A program made the position numbers and the translations under genes. From positions 6,990 to 70,989 of the forward strand of contig CACEXE010000004.1 of the NCBI GenBank assembly GCA_902563435.1: a stretch of 64,000 bases of DNA, given 5' to 3'. The stretch comes from an uncultured Pelagibacteraceae bacterium. GTDB lineage: Bacteria; Pseudomonadota; Alphaproteobacteria; Pelagibacterales; Pelagibacteraceae. Below are positions 1 through 9,095 of this stretch, one piece after another. The notes under the pieces are model-generated. The model was not told where the DNA came from, did not search any database, and worked only from the letters and a program-made list of their open reading frames with translations. The stretch's first letter is position 1. Each line of letters opens with the position of its first letter.

Positions 1-386
1 AAAATATCACTGTCACCTAAAGATAACCAAAAGTGATTTTCTCCCAACCTTAAAAGTACTGGATCATTTAATATACCACCCTCAGCATTTGTAATTAAAA
101 CATATTTACATTGTCCTACAGATAATTTTGATAAATCTCTTGGGGTTAATTGTTGAATAAATTTAAATGCATCTGGACCAGTTATTTCAACTTGTCTTTC
201 AACAGCAACATCACATAAAATTGCTGTTTCAATCAAATTCCAAAAGTTCTGTTCTGGATCTCCAAAATCACGTGGAATATACATATGATTATATACAGAA
301 AATCCTGTTGCTCCCCATTTTACAGTTGAATCAAAATATGGAGATTTTCTAATTTGAGTTCCAAACCCAAAATTTTTGTTGGTCAT
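1..386 (-). CDS. GcvT/DmdA-like THF-dependent aminomethyltransferase (5' part; runs off window start)
   Basis: Not in the ORF track. Manual translation from ATG at 386 gives MTNKNFGFGTQIRKSPYF...VYNHMYIP...CDVAVERQVEITGPDA...TPRDLSK...GGILNDPVLLRLGENHFWLSLGDSDI, typical of the GcvT/DmdA family. The ATG overlaps the nadK stop (TAATG). Confidence 0.85.
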   Translation of the reverse strand, partial: MTNKNFGFGTQIRKSPYFDSTVKWGATGFSVYNHMYIPRDFGDPEQNFWNLIETAILCDVAVERQVEITGPDAFKFIQQLTPRDLSKLSVGQCKYVLITNAEGGILNDPVLLRLGENHFWLSLGDSDI

Positions 387-1156
387 TAATTAGTTTCTTT
401 TCTGATTTGTTCTATTTTGATTTTTTTTTGAAGACTTCTATTTGAATCATAAAGAAGATTAAACTTAATTTTTTTATTTATTTTAATAGAAATAATTTTT
501 GCATTTCTTACTTCATAGCTATCTGCTACTGCACTAATCGGTCTTTTTTGTATATTTAGATTTTTGATAACGATTTTTGATTTATCACTAACTACCCTTC
601 CCTTCCATCTTCTTGGTCTAAAAGCACTAATTGGTCTAACGGACAATTTTTTTGAATCTAAATTTAATATAGGACCATAAACTGACATATTATACGCAGT
701 ACTTCCAGCAGGTGTAGAAATTAATATGCCGTCAGAAACTAACTTTTTTATTATTTTCTGAGATCCACTCGAAACTTCTAAAGATGCGGTTTGCCTACTT
801 TGTCTTAATATCGATACTTCATTTATTGCAACAGACTTTTTGATTTTGTTAAATTTGTTTTTAACAATCATTTCTAAAGGTGAAATTGTAACTGATTTTG
901 CTTTAGATAAATTTTTAATTGTATTTTTAGTTGAAAATTTATTCATCAAAAAACCATAACTACCAGCATTAATTCCATAAAAGGGTTTTTTGTATTTATT
1001 ATATTTTTTTAAAGACGAAAGCATGAAGCCATCACCACCAATAACAATAATTAAATTACATTTGTATAATGATATATTTTTAACTTTTTGATCTAAATAA
1101 TTTTTAACTTTTTTAGATGTTTTTGTATTATCAAAAAGAATATGTGGCTTTAACAT
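386..1156 (-). CDS. nadK: NAD kinase
   Basis: GGDGFML, NE, DG and STPAGSTAY motifs. Confidence 0.93.
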   Translation of the reverse strand: MLKPHILFDNTKTSKKVKNYLDQKVKNISLYKCNLIIVIGGDGFMLSSLKKYNKYKKPFYGINAGSYGFLMNKFSTKNTIKNLSKAKSVTISPLEMIVKNKFNKIKKSVAINEVSILRQSRQTASLEVSSGSQKIIKKLVSDGILISTPAGSTAYNMSVYGPILNLDSKKLSVRPISAFRPRRWKGRVVSDKSKIVIKNLNIQKRPISAVADSYEVRNAKIISIKINKKIKFNLLYDSNRSLQKKIKIEQIRKETN

Positions 1157-1160
1157 TTAG

Positions 1161-1246
1161 TGGTGCCCTCGGCCAGACTCGAACTGGCACTCCATAAATG
1201 GCAAGGATTTTAAGTCCTTTGTGTCTACCAATTTCACCACGAGGGC
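1161..1246 (-). tRNA. tRNA-Leu(TAA)
   Basis: Reverse complement GCCCTCGTGGTGAAATTGGTAGACAC-AAGGA-CTTAAAA-TCCTT, long variable arm, GTTCGAGTC, ending GAGGGCACCA (CCA encoded). Confidence 0.95.
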
Positions 1247-1308
1247 ATGAGTTATTTTCATGAGTATTTATACTAATATTTATAATTGAACAAATTAATT
1301 AATCCATA

Positions 1309-2028
1309 TTATTTTTTAAACCAATTAAATAATAAATTTTTCAAAGTTCTAAAAATCTCAATTTTTTGTATTTTTGATTTGCCTGCATTTCTCTCGTAGA
1401 AAGTAATTGGTATCTCTTTAATTTCAAAATTTCTTCTCTCTAGTTCAAATATAATACTCATAAAAAAGCTATAACCAGCACTGTTCACGATATTTAGATT
1501 AAAATTTATAAGTTTTTTTAAATTATAACCCCTATAGGAGGTTGTAAATTCTGTACATTTTGATTTTAAAACAAACTTTATAATTTTATTACCAAAGTAG
1601 CTTATAAATAGTCTGAAACCTCTCATCTCACATTTGCCTCCCTCAATATATCTAGATCCAATAACAAAAGGATAATCATTTAAATAACTTATAAAATTAC
1701 TTATTTCTCTTGGGTCATGAGAAAGATCAGCATCCATAGTAATTAGATAATCAAAATTATTTTTCAGAGCATAATTATATGCTTCTTTATGAGCTGTATC
1801 TAAGCCAAATTTGCCCTTTCTTATTATTAAATTAATTTGATGAAATTTTTTTTTTAGATCCTTGATTAAGAGTGATGTATTGTCTGGAGAATTATCATCT
1901 ATGATTAAAATATGCACATTATTATTGTGATTTATAATTGAATTTATAAATTCATATATATTTTCAGCCTCATTATAAGTAGCAGAAAAGACTAAAATTT
2001 TTTTTTGATTTGATTTTTGTAAATTCAT
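1309..2028 (-). CDS. GT2 polyprenol-phosphate sugar synthase (DPM1/Ppm1-like)
   Basis: TYNEAENI, IIDDNSPDNT, TMDADLSHDP, GSRY and ERxxGKSK motifs. Confidence 0.88.
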   Translation of the reverse strand: MNLQKSNQKKILVFSATYNEAENIYEFINSIINHNNNVHILIIDDNSPDNTSLLIKDLKKKFHQINLIIRKGKFGLDTAHKEAYNYALKNNFDYLITMDADLSHDPREISNFISYLNDYPFVIGSRYIEGGKCEMRGFRLFISYFGNKIIKFVLKSKCTEFTTSYRGYNLKKLINFNLNIVNSAGYSFFMSIIFELERRNFEIKEIPITFYERNAGKSKIQKIEIFRTLKNLLFNWFKK

Positions 2029-2040
2029 TTAAATAACTGC

Positions 2041-3267
2041 TCAGAAACTTTTAAACCGAGACTTAACATCAATCTTATTATTAATTAAATTATTAAAAAC
2101 AACTACTTTTGATATTATACCTCCAGTAATACTAATATTTTTTTCTACTAAATTGCAACAATGGGGTATTCTAGTGAATGTAAATTGAAATAGAATAAAC
2201 ATTGTAAAAAATAAAACTAATATTTTATTTTTATTATTATAAATTGAGTAGTTCTGTTTATTTATTAAGTAAATATTTATACAGAAAACTACAAATAATA
2301 TAATATGTATCCATCTACCCCAATCTCTTCCTATATAAAATAATAAAAAAAGAGGCAAAATAACTAAAATATTTAAGAAGATCTTTTGTTTTGTAAAACG
2401 ATCAAGCCAATGAAACACGACTAGAACCGGAGTAAGATAAAATAAAAAAATAAAAAAATATTTAAACAAATTTGTTAAAGGATTAATCATATGAGAAAAT
2501 TCACTTCTAAATAAAATAGGCATACCAATTGATTCTATAATAGAAGCGTTAATATTTTGCTTGTTATCAATTTGATCTAAAATTAATAGTGCCTTTTCAG
2601 CTGTTATTGGGTTAAACCAGAAATAGAGTGCTATTGGTATAAATATTAAGTATGGGAAGTAATATTTTATTTTTTCATAAGTTGAGGTTTGTTTTATTAT
2701 TATTAACCAAGTTAAAATTATATGAAATGGAATTAAAAAAAAATTAATCTCATGAATTAGTACGTTTACTATCAATATAGGAATTATTAAAAAAAAATAA
2801 TATTTATTATAAAAATTTATTTTTTTATTTTGTTTATCAGCAATTAATGCAAGATAAGTGTGCAATAATAATGAAAAAATACCAAATATTTCTAACCTTG
2901 CATAACCTCCTAAATCATAAAAATTAAAGAGTATAAAGCTTGGATTTAATACAAAAAAAATAAAGATTAAAGCATTGTTGAATTTAATTTTTAAAATTTT
3001 GATAAATAATAAAAAATTTAAAACTGTAAAAATATAAAATAGACTTGAAAAGAAAATTCTTTTTTCAAGTCCTAAACTATCTAATTTAAGCATTATTGTA
3101 CCAATCAATCCCCTAGGTAGAAAACCTGCAGAATAATTGATATGAAGTTCATTAAATGTCCAAAGATTAATAATATTATTTAAAGAAAAGATATAAACAT
3201 AGGTAAAAATTAAGAAATAAAATAAAAAAGAAATTAAATTTATGTTTTTATTTAATATATTTAACAT
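2041..3267 (-). CDS. Polytopic membrane protein, possible GT-C-fold glycosyltransferase
   Basis: About 10 hydrophobic segments, an N-terminal loop INYSAGFLPRGLIG, a DWGRW motif, and position directly upstream of the GT2. Confidence 0.5.
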   Translation of the reverse strand: MLNILNKNINLISFLFYFLIFTYVYIFSLNNIINLWTFNELHINYSAGFLPRGLIGTIMLKLDSLGLEKRIFFSSLFYIFTVLNFLLFIKILKIKFNNALIFIFFVLNPSFILFNFYDLGGYARLEIFGIFSLLLHTYLALIADKQNKKINFYNKYYFFLIIPILIVNVLIHEINFFLIPFHIILTWLIIIKQTSTYEKIKYYFPYLIFIPIALYFWFNPITAEKALLILDQIDNKQNINASIIESIGMPILFRSEFSHMINPLTNLFKYFFIFLFYLTPVLVVFHWLDRFTKQKIFLNILVILPLFLLFYIGRDWGRWIHIILFVVFCINIYLINKQNYSIYNNKNKILVLFFTMFILFQFTFTRIPHCCNLVEKNISITGGIISKVVVFNNLINNKIDVKSRFKSF

Positions 3268-3319
3268 GAACTGTTATTTAAATTATTACATAAAAAATTA
3301 AAAGTTAAATTGATTATAT

Positions 3320-5035
3320 ATGAATAAATTAAAGTTAATATTAGAAAGTATTAACTCTAAAGATTTAGTAAAAGCACTCAAACTTTGCAATGAATATGAA
3401 AAAGAAGAAAGCAACAATAAACATTTAATTAATAACTTTAAGGGTGTTGTTAATTTTCTTCAAGGAAATCTAGATATTGCAGAGAATGATTTTTTAAGTT
3501 CACATTTGCTAAATAGTAAATTCGAAGATCCAATCAAAAATTTATATTTAATTTATTTAAAAAAAAATAATCCAAAAAAACTCTTAGAATTCGCAAAAAA
3601 ACTTTATGAAATAAATAATGAAAGTGATCTATATAGTTATCAATTTGCTTACGCTCATGAATTAAATAACAATAATAAATTAGCTTTAGAGTTTTATATA
3701 AAATGTATTGATCGTAATGGTGCCAATAAAATAAAAGCTCTTAACAATGCAGGTAGTATATACCTTAAAAATAATAAACCTAAAACTTCATTAAGATTTT
3801 TTTTAGAAGCTTACAATTCTAATAAAAAAGACAAAATTATTATTAATAATTTATTGCTAAATTATATTAATTTAAAAGATATCAAAAAATCAGACGAATT
3901 TTTTAAACTAGCAGAAACCGTAGATGAGAAATATATAGAATTTTTATATAATAAAGCAGAATATAAAATTCTTAATGAAGAATATGACGAAGCAGTAGAA
4001 ATTCTATCTACAAATAAAAATATACTTAAATTTAAATTATCTCTTATTGGTCTTTATTTTAATATGGGTAACGAAAAAGACGCAAAAAGTCTTCTTGATA
4101 GCTCTAGGAACGAATTTAAGAATAATATAAATTTTTATAATTATATTGGGATCAGATCTTTGTATGAGGGTAACTTTGAAGATGGATGGAAATACTATGA
4201 ATATAGGGGGTCAAAATTAACAAATATTCTAAATTCAACTGAAGAATGGAACGGTGAAAATTTAGAGAAAAAAAGCATTGTTGTTTTTAGTGAACAAGGT
4301 TTGGGTGACTCAATACAATTTTCCAAATATATAATTTCACTTTGTAAAATATCTAAGTATGTAAGTTTTGTTGTAAGTAAAAATATTTTTAATTTATTTA
4401 ATAATAGTATTGAAAATTTAAAAATTGAAACAATAGAAACACTGAAAGATAAGAATTTTGATTATAAAATTTCATTAGGTTCATTAATTAAATTTTTTTA
4501 TAAAGAAAAATATGATTTCAAAGATATCCTGATAAAAAAAGATGAAGTACAAATAGAAAATTGGAGTAAAAAGATTGATAACTCCAAGCCTAAAGTTGGA
4601 TTAGTTTGGTCGGGTTCTTTTCATGGTCCAAATCAGCCTTTTAGATCCGTACCTTTAAAAAGTTTAGACAAGATTTTATCTTTAGATATAAACTTTTATG
4701 GATTGCAAAATGAAATATGGGAAAGAGATAAGCATTATTTTGAAAATTCTAACGTATTAGATTTTGGAAAATATAATCTAGTAGAAATTGCTTCTATAAT
4801 AGAAAATTTGGATTTAGTCATATCAGCAGATACATCTATACTTCATCTTTCATGTTCTCTTAATAAAGAGACTTGGGGTATTTTTAATATATATCCAGAT
4901 TGGAGGTGGGGTGAGTTTGATAAAATAAACCCTTATCCTTCCTTACAAATAATTAAACAAAAGAAGTTCAATCAATGGGATGAGGTTGCCGATGAAATAT
5001 TAAAAAAATTACAACTCAAATTTAATTTAGCTTAA
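3320..5035 (+). CDS. TPR-repeat protein fused to a C-terminal GT9-like glycosyltransferase domain
   Basis: N-terminal TPR-like helices; GWKYYEYR, EQGLGDSIQF, VGLVWSG, LDLVISADTSILHL and DWRW motifs. Confidence 0.8.
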   Translation: MNKLKLILESINSKDLVKALKLCNEYEKEESNNKHLINNFKGVVNFLQGNLDIAENDFLSSHLLNSKFEDPIKNLYLIYLKKNNPKKLLEFAKKLYEINNESDLYSYQFAYAHELNNNNKLALEFYIKCIDRNGANKIKALNNAGSIYLKNNKPKTSLRFFLEAYNSNKKDKIIINNLLLNYINLKDIKKSDEFFKLAETVDEKYIEFLYNKAEYKILNEEYDEAVEILSTNKNILKFKLSLIGLYFNMGNEKDAKSLLDSSRNEFKNNINFYNYIGIRSLYEGNFEDGWKYYEYRGSKLTNILNSTEEWNGENLEKKSIVVFSEQGLGDSIQFSKYIISLCKISKYVSFVVSKNIFNLFNNSIENLKIETIETLKDKNFDYKISLGSLIKFFYKEKYDFKDILIKKDEVQIENWSKKIDNSKPKVGLVWSGSFHGPNQPFRSVPLKSLDKILSLDINFYGLQNEIWERDKHYFENSNVLDFGKYNLVEIASIIENLDLVISADTSILHLSCSLNKETWGIFNIYPDWRWGEFDKINPYPSLQIIKQKKFNQWDEVADEILKKLQLKFNLA

Positions 5036-5826
5036 TATTTTACAACCTTGCCCCATAGAGATTGTGATGGTCCATACCCTATTCGAGCATCCTCCATTTT
5101 GAGAACTCTACTATGATCAACCATCATATTTATGCCTGGACCATATATCTCTATGTATTTTGACAATACATCCTGGTCATCAGCCTCAACCATAAATTGT
5201 TTCAGCTCTAGTGGACTAATAATTTTATCAATTGTATTCCATCTATAATTTTTCTTATCAAGATTTTCTGTCAAACCCTCTGACTCTAGTAAAATTTTCC
5301 ATGAACCTGCCTCAAGAAATCTTTTAGATTGCATTTTAATTCTTTCAATAAATATTTCTTCCTCAATAACCTTGGAATGTGCAAACGCAACACCAACCTC
5401 ATTAATAACTTTTATCCCCTTGCTTGAGGCGTTTTCAATTAACCTACACATTTCGTCATCATCTAATGAACGAGCTATTCTAGAGATTTCAATAATATCA
5501 ATGCCCAAATTAACAACGGTATCTAGATAATCATCTACCACTTCTTTACCACCAGATAATGCAACGTCCATAATTGGGTTTCCTAGCGCAACTTGAACAC
5601 TATGTTTTTTGCAAGTTTCAATAAATCTTAAAAGAGATTTTTTACTCATCATTGCGCCTTGTTTTCCAGAAATCTTAAAGATATCAACTAGGTCAGCATA
5701 TGCTTCTAAGTAATCATCAATACAATTTCCCACCATTACAGGTGCTCTAACATAATTTATACCTGTCTCCCGAGGTTTTTCCTTTCTTTTTATAAAAGGT
5801 AAATTTGGAAATGTAACATCAGTCAT
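5032..5826 (-). CDS. ComA/phosphosulfolactate synthase-fold protein (HSA32-like subfamily)
   Basis: KPRxxG start, DxxK, EIS, EVG, LLESEGLTEN, EADD, YGPGIN, VDHS and WGKV follow the ComA/HSA32 TIM-barrel pattern. Confidence 0.75.
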   Translation of the reverse strand: MTDVTFPNLPFIKRKEKPRETGINYVRAPVMVGNCIDDYLEAYADLVDIFKISGKQGAMMSKKSLLRFIETCKKHSVQVALGNPIMDVALSGGKEVVDDYLDTVVNLGIDIIEISRIARSLDDDEMCRLIENASSKGIKVINEVGVAFAHSKVIEEEIFIERIKMQSKRFLEAGSWKILLESEGLTENLDKKNYRWNTIDKIISPLELKQFMVEADDQDVLSKYIEIYGPGINMMVDHSRVLKMEDARIGYGPSQSLWGKVVKY

Positions 5827-5838
5827 TATAAATTTTTT

Positions 5839-7824
5839 TTAATTTAGTTGTCCACCTAGCCACCAGGGTAAATCGACAAATAACCCTATCAATCCATTTG
5901 GAAACTGTAAGGTTAGCAAGGACGATAGCGACCAGAGTATTACCATCAATGCAGCAGAAATGCAAATTGATGACAAATAAGCTTTCCTATTATGAAATAA
6001 AATAAATATATTAATAAAAAGTGCTGCAGCAATTGGAAAACCAAATATAAAATTCATTAACAAGAAACCAATAAAACTTAAATAATAAAAAAGTTGATTA
6101 TTAAAGTTCCCACTAATTTCAAAAATATTTGACCGAGCAAACTTCATCAATGTATTATTTAAAAATGGTAAATTTTTTAAGTCTGCAATTTTTACAATAA
6201 GTATAAAAACCAAGAGTGATAAAGCTATTACACTTAGACTTATTGGAAACAAATTAGCACGATAATCTAAACTACTAGTAAACCAAATCATTGATAACGG
6301 AAGACAGAGTAAGATAAGTATGTAATAAATTTGAGTAAGCTTACCTTTAATAAGATCAGATCTATAGTTGTTGTCAAACTTTTGTTTTGTCAATAGAACG
6401 ATGGTAGCAAGACATAAAATTATAAGAATTATTGAAACCGGACGAGATAAAAAACTTAAACCATACACTGCTTGAGTTTGATAGCTTAGAAGTTCAACTT
6501 TGCTTGATAAAAAGAACCCTATTAATAGTGCAGGTCTTGACCAACCAAAGTTTTTAAATGTAATACCAATAATACCGAATGATAATAATCCAATAAAATC
6601 ATACCAGTCCCTATTAATATTAAATGTTGCAAAAAATATTAAACAAACCATGACAGGTGCAAGTATATAATATGGAACTAAAGTGAATTTCGAAATTTGA
6701 GATGAAAAACCCATACAAATCCCAGCGCCTAAAATATTTGCTATAGCTAATGACCAAATCATTAGATAGGTAAGATCTAGGTTTGTCGTTACCATATCTA
6801 AACCAGGTTCAATTCCAATTAGAACAAAACCTCCAAGTAATAAAACTTTATTACCAGAACCAGGTATTCCAAAAATTAATGTTGGAATTAATGCTCCACC
6901 CTCTTTTGCATTATTAGCAGACTCAGGTGCTATAACTCCTCTGATATCACCTTTACCAAATTGTGAAGTATCTTTTGTTGTTTGTTTTAAGTGACTATAT
7001 GCAATCCAATCAACAACAGTTCCTCCTAAACCTGGTAAAGCTCCAACTAGACAACCAAGAGTAGAACATCTTAATACTAAAAACCAATTTTTTACTACGT
7101 CCTTTAAACCTGTAAACCACCCTTTTTTTGTATTAAGTGATTTTGCGATTGAACCTTTGGCATCAAGAAGTCCAACAATTTCAGGAATTGCAAATAATCC
7201 TAGTCCAACAACAACAAGAGGAACACCTTCTAAAAGATATAATGTATCAAAAGTATATCTTGGATCTCCAGTAATTGGGGCTGTTCCAATTGATCCAATA
7301 ATTAATCCCAGAAAACAAGAGGCAATACCTTTAAATAAATTGTCACCTGTAAGAGCTCCAACCATTAATAAAGCAAGCACAACTAATAGAAACTGTTCTC
7401 CAAAACCAAAAGCCATTATTATTGGAATGGCGTAATAAATAGATATTGATAATATAAGTGCACCAAAGATACCTCCAAGCAATGAGGCACTAAAGGCAGC
7501 GCTCAAAGCTCTTGCTGCCATACCTTTTTTAGAAAGTGGAAAACCATCCATCACTGTTGCTTGAGATCCTGCAGTGCCAGGAACTCCCATAAGCACGGCA
7601 GGAAAAGTATCTGAAGTTGTCGTAGGTGCCAAAACTCCAATCATCATTGCAAGAGCATGTGAAGGTTCCATTGTAAAAACAAAAGGTAAAACAAGGGCTA
7701 AACCTGAAGTTCCACCCATACCTGGAAGGATACCAACAATTAAACCAAGTAATGTACCTGCAAATAGAAATGCTAAATGAGTAGGCTCAAAAAGTTGAAA
7801 AAGTGCAGCTAATAATTGTTCCAT
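5839..7824 (-). CDS. tctA: Tripartite tricarboxylate transporter permease TctA with fused C-terminal TctB-like domain
   Basis: GILPGMGG, GVPGT, DGFP and APESANNAKEGG motifs; 661 aa, about 160 aa (4-5 TM) longer than the 502-aa TctA at 60289. Confidence 0.85.
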   Translation of the reverse strand: MEQLLAALFQLFEPTHLAFLFAGTLLGLIVGILPGMGGTSGLALVLPFVFTMEPSHALAMMIGVLAPTTTSDTFPAVLMGVPGTAGSQATVMDGFPLSKKGMAARALSAAFSASLLGGIFGALILSISIYYAIPIIMAFGFGEQFLLVVLALLMVGALTGDNLFKGIASCFLGLIIGSIGTAPITGDPRYTFDTLYLLEGVPLVVVGLGLFAIPEIVGLLDAKGSIAKSLNTKKGWFTGLKDVVKNWFLVLRCSTLGCLVGALPGLGGTVVDWIAYSHLKQTTKDTSQFGKGDIRGVIAPESANNAKEGGALIPTLIFGIPGSGNKVLLLGGFVLIGIEPGLDMVTTNLDLTYLMIWSLAIANILGAGICMGFSSQISKFTLVPYYILAPVMVCLIFFATFNINRDWYDFIGLLSFGIIGITFKNFGWSRPALLIGFFLSSKVELLSYQTQAVYGLSFLSRPVSIILIILCLATIVLLTKQKFDNNYRSDLIKGKLTQIYYILILLCLPLSMIWFTSSLDYRANLFPISLSVIALSLLVFILIVKIADLKNLPFLNNTLMKFARSNIFEISGNFNNQLFYYLSFIGFLLMNFIFGFPIAAALFINIFILFHNRKAYLSSICISAALMVILWSLSSLLTLQFPNGLIGLFVDLPWWLGGQLN

Positions 7825-7854
7825 AAAAAAAGCTGCTAGCTATTAGCTAGCAGC
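7825..7854 (-). terminator. Intercistronic hairpin with U-tract between tctC and tctA
   Basis: GCTGCTAGCTA-T-TAGCTAGCAGC (7832-7854), followed on the minus strand by T7 and then the tctA ATG. Confidence 0.7.
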
Positions 7855-7870
7855 ACTTTTTTTATTTGTT

Positions 7871-8944
7871 CTATTGAACTCTATATGTGAATTTATGTTT
7901 CTTCAGAGCTGCATTTAATTGCTTTTTAGTAGTATCAGAGAATACTGCAGCCTTTTTAATAATTTCACCAGCTTCTTCCCCTATGATTAATGGAAATGGT
8001 CCAAGAGCTTTTACAGCTTTAGCCTTAAACTCTGGGTCATTTGTCATTTTAATAGCTGCATCTCTATATGCTTTTACTATTTCATCGGATGCATCTGCTG
8101 GAAGCATCATTGCTTTAGATGCTTGAGACCATGCAGCACCTATTGCATAGTATGCTTCTAGGTCATCACCCTCAAGTTTTTTACCATTTACCTTCTCATA
8201 CATTTCAGGAAATGTAGGTGCATTTGGTGCCAAAGGATTTCTAGAAACTGAACCGTCAGCTCCAATAATTCCTAATGTCATTAAATCTACAACTTTTCCT
8301 TTTTCTATTTCAGGCTTAACTTTTTTTACATAATTCGCTGCACCATGTGAACTTAGATGAATTTCACCTCTTAGGAATGCTTGATAACCTCCTGAAGATG
8401 AAAGACCAGGTATAGGTTTAGCTCCTTTGATACCAAGTTTCTCATAAATCCATATGTGAAATAAATCTGCAGATGCAGGAGTTTTCAATGCATAGAGAAC
8501 CAATTTTCTTTCTTTAATTTTTGATAGATCGTGAGGCTCAGCTAAATCTGAACGTGTGAACCAATGAGTATTTTGCGGTAGCAAAACTACTGGTCGGTAT
8601 TCACTAAGATTATATTTAACAAGTGGATTTCCGGTCGCAACATTAACTATAACTGAAGTTGAGCATCCAAAAATAAAAGTTCCATCTGCTTTTGCATTTT
8701 TTTCAAAATAATTTGAACCTTTAATAGCTCCACCTCCTGGTATGTGCATGATTTGGACATCCGGATTTCCAGGTAAATATTTTTTTAAGAAAGGTTGAAT
8801 AAATCTTGCAAATCTACTCGTACCACCACCTTCTTTAAATGGCACAACCCATGTAACTGTTTTGCCTGCAAAATTCACATCTGCATTTCCAATGGATACA
8901 AACGAGAATAAGGACATTAATATTAATATTAGAATTTTACGCAT
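7871..8944 (-). CDS. tctC: TTT-family periplasmic substrate-binding protein (TctC/Bug-like)
   Basis: Signal peptide; VVPFKEGGGTSRFAR and PGGG motifs; upstream of tctA. Confidence 0.8.
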   Translation of the reverse strand: MRKILILILMSLFSFVSIGNADVNFAGKTVTWVVPFKEGGGTSRFARFIQPFLKKYLPGNPDVQIMHIPGGGAIKGSNYFEKNAKADGTFIFGCSTSVIVNVATGNPLVKYNLSEYRPVVLLPQNTHWFTRSDLAEPHDLSKIKERKLVLYALKTPASADLFHIWIYEKLGIKGAKPIPGLSSSGGYQAFLRGEIHLSSHGAANYVKKVKPEIEKGKVVDLMTLGIIGADGSVSRNPLAPNAPTFPEMYEKVNGKKLEGDDLEAYYAIGAAWSQASKAMMLPADASDEIVKAYRDAAIKMTNDPEFKAKAVKALGPFPLIIGEEAGEIIKKAAVFSDTTKKQLNAALKKHKFTYRVQ

Positions 8945-8975
8945 AATTTCCCCCCTTGAGAATATTGTTAGAGAT

Positions 8976-9005
8976 AGTATAACGTGTTCATTATGGGTCT
9001 TTCAA
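8976..9005 (-). promoter_or_regulatory. Putative sigma70 promoter for tctC-tctAB-comA-like
   Basis: Minus strand TTGAAA-N18-TATACT, plus a G-rich RBS before the ATG at 8944. Confidence 0.4.
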
Positions 9006-9095
9006 CTAATTATATTTTTTTAGATCCTCAAGAACTTTGAAAATGACGTATTTAGTTAGAAATTTATCTATTTGACTAATATAAAAGCAAAAAAC

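Noticed and set aside
1161-5035. Prophage or integrative element at tRNA-Leu
   Set aside because: I saw no integrase or duplicated tRNA 3' end, and the cassette lies on the 5' side of the tRNA.
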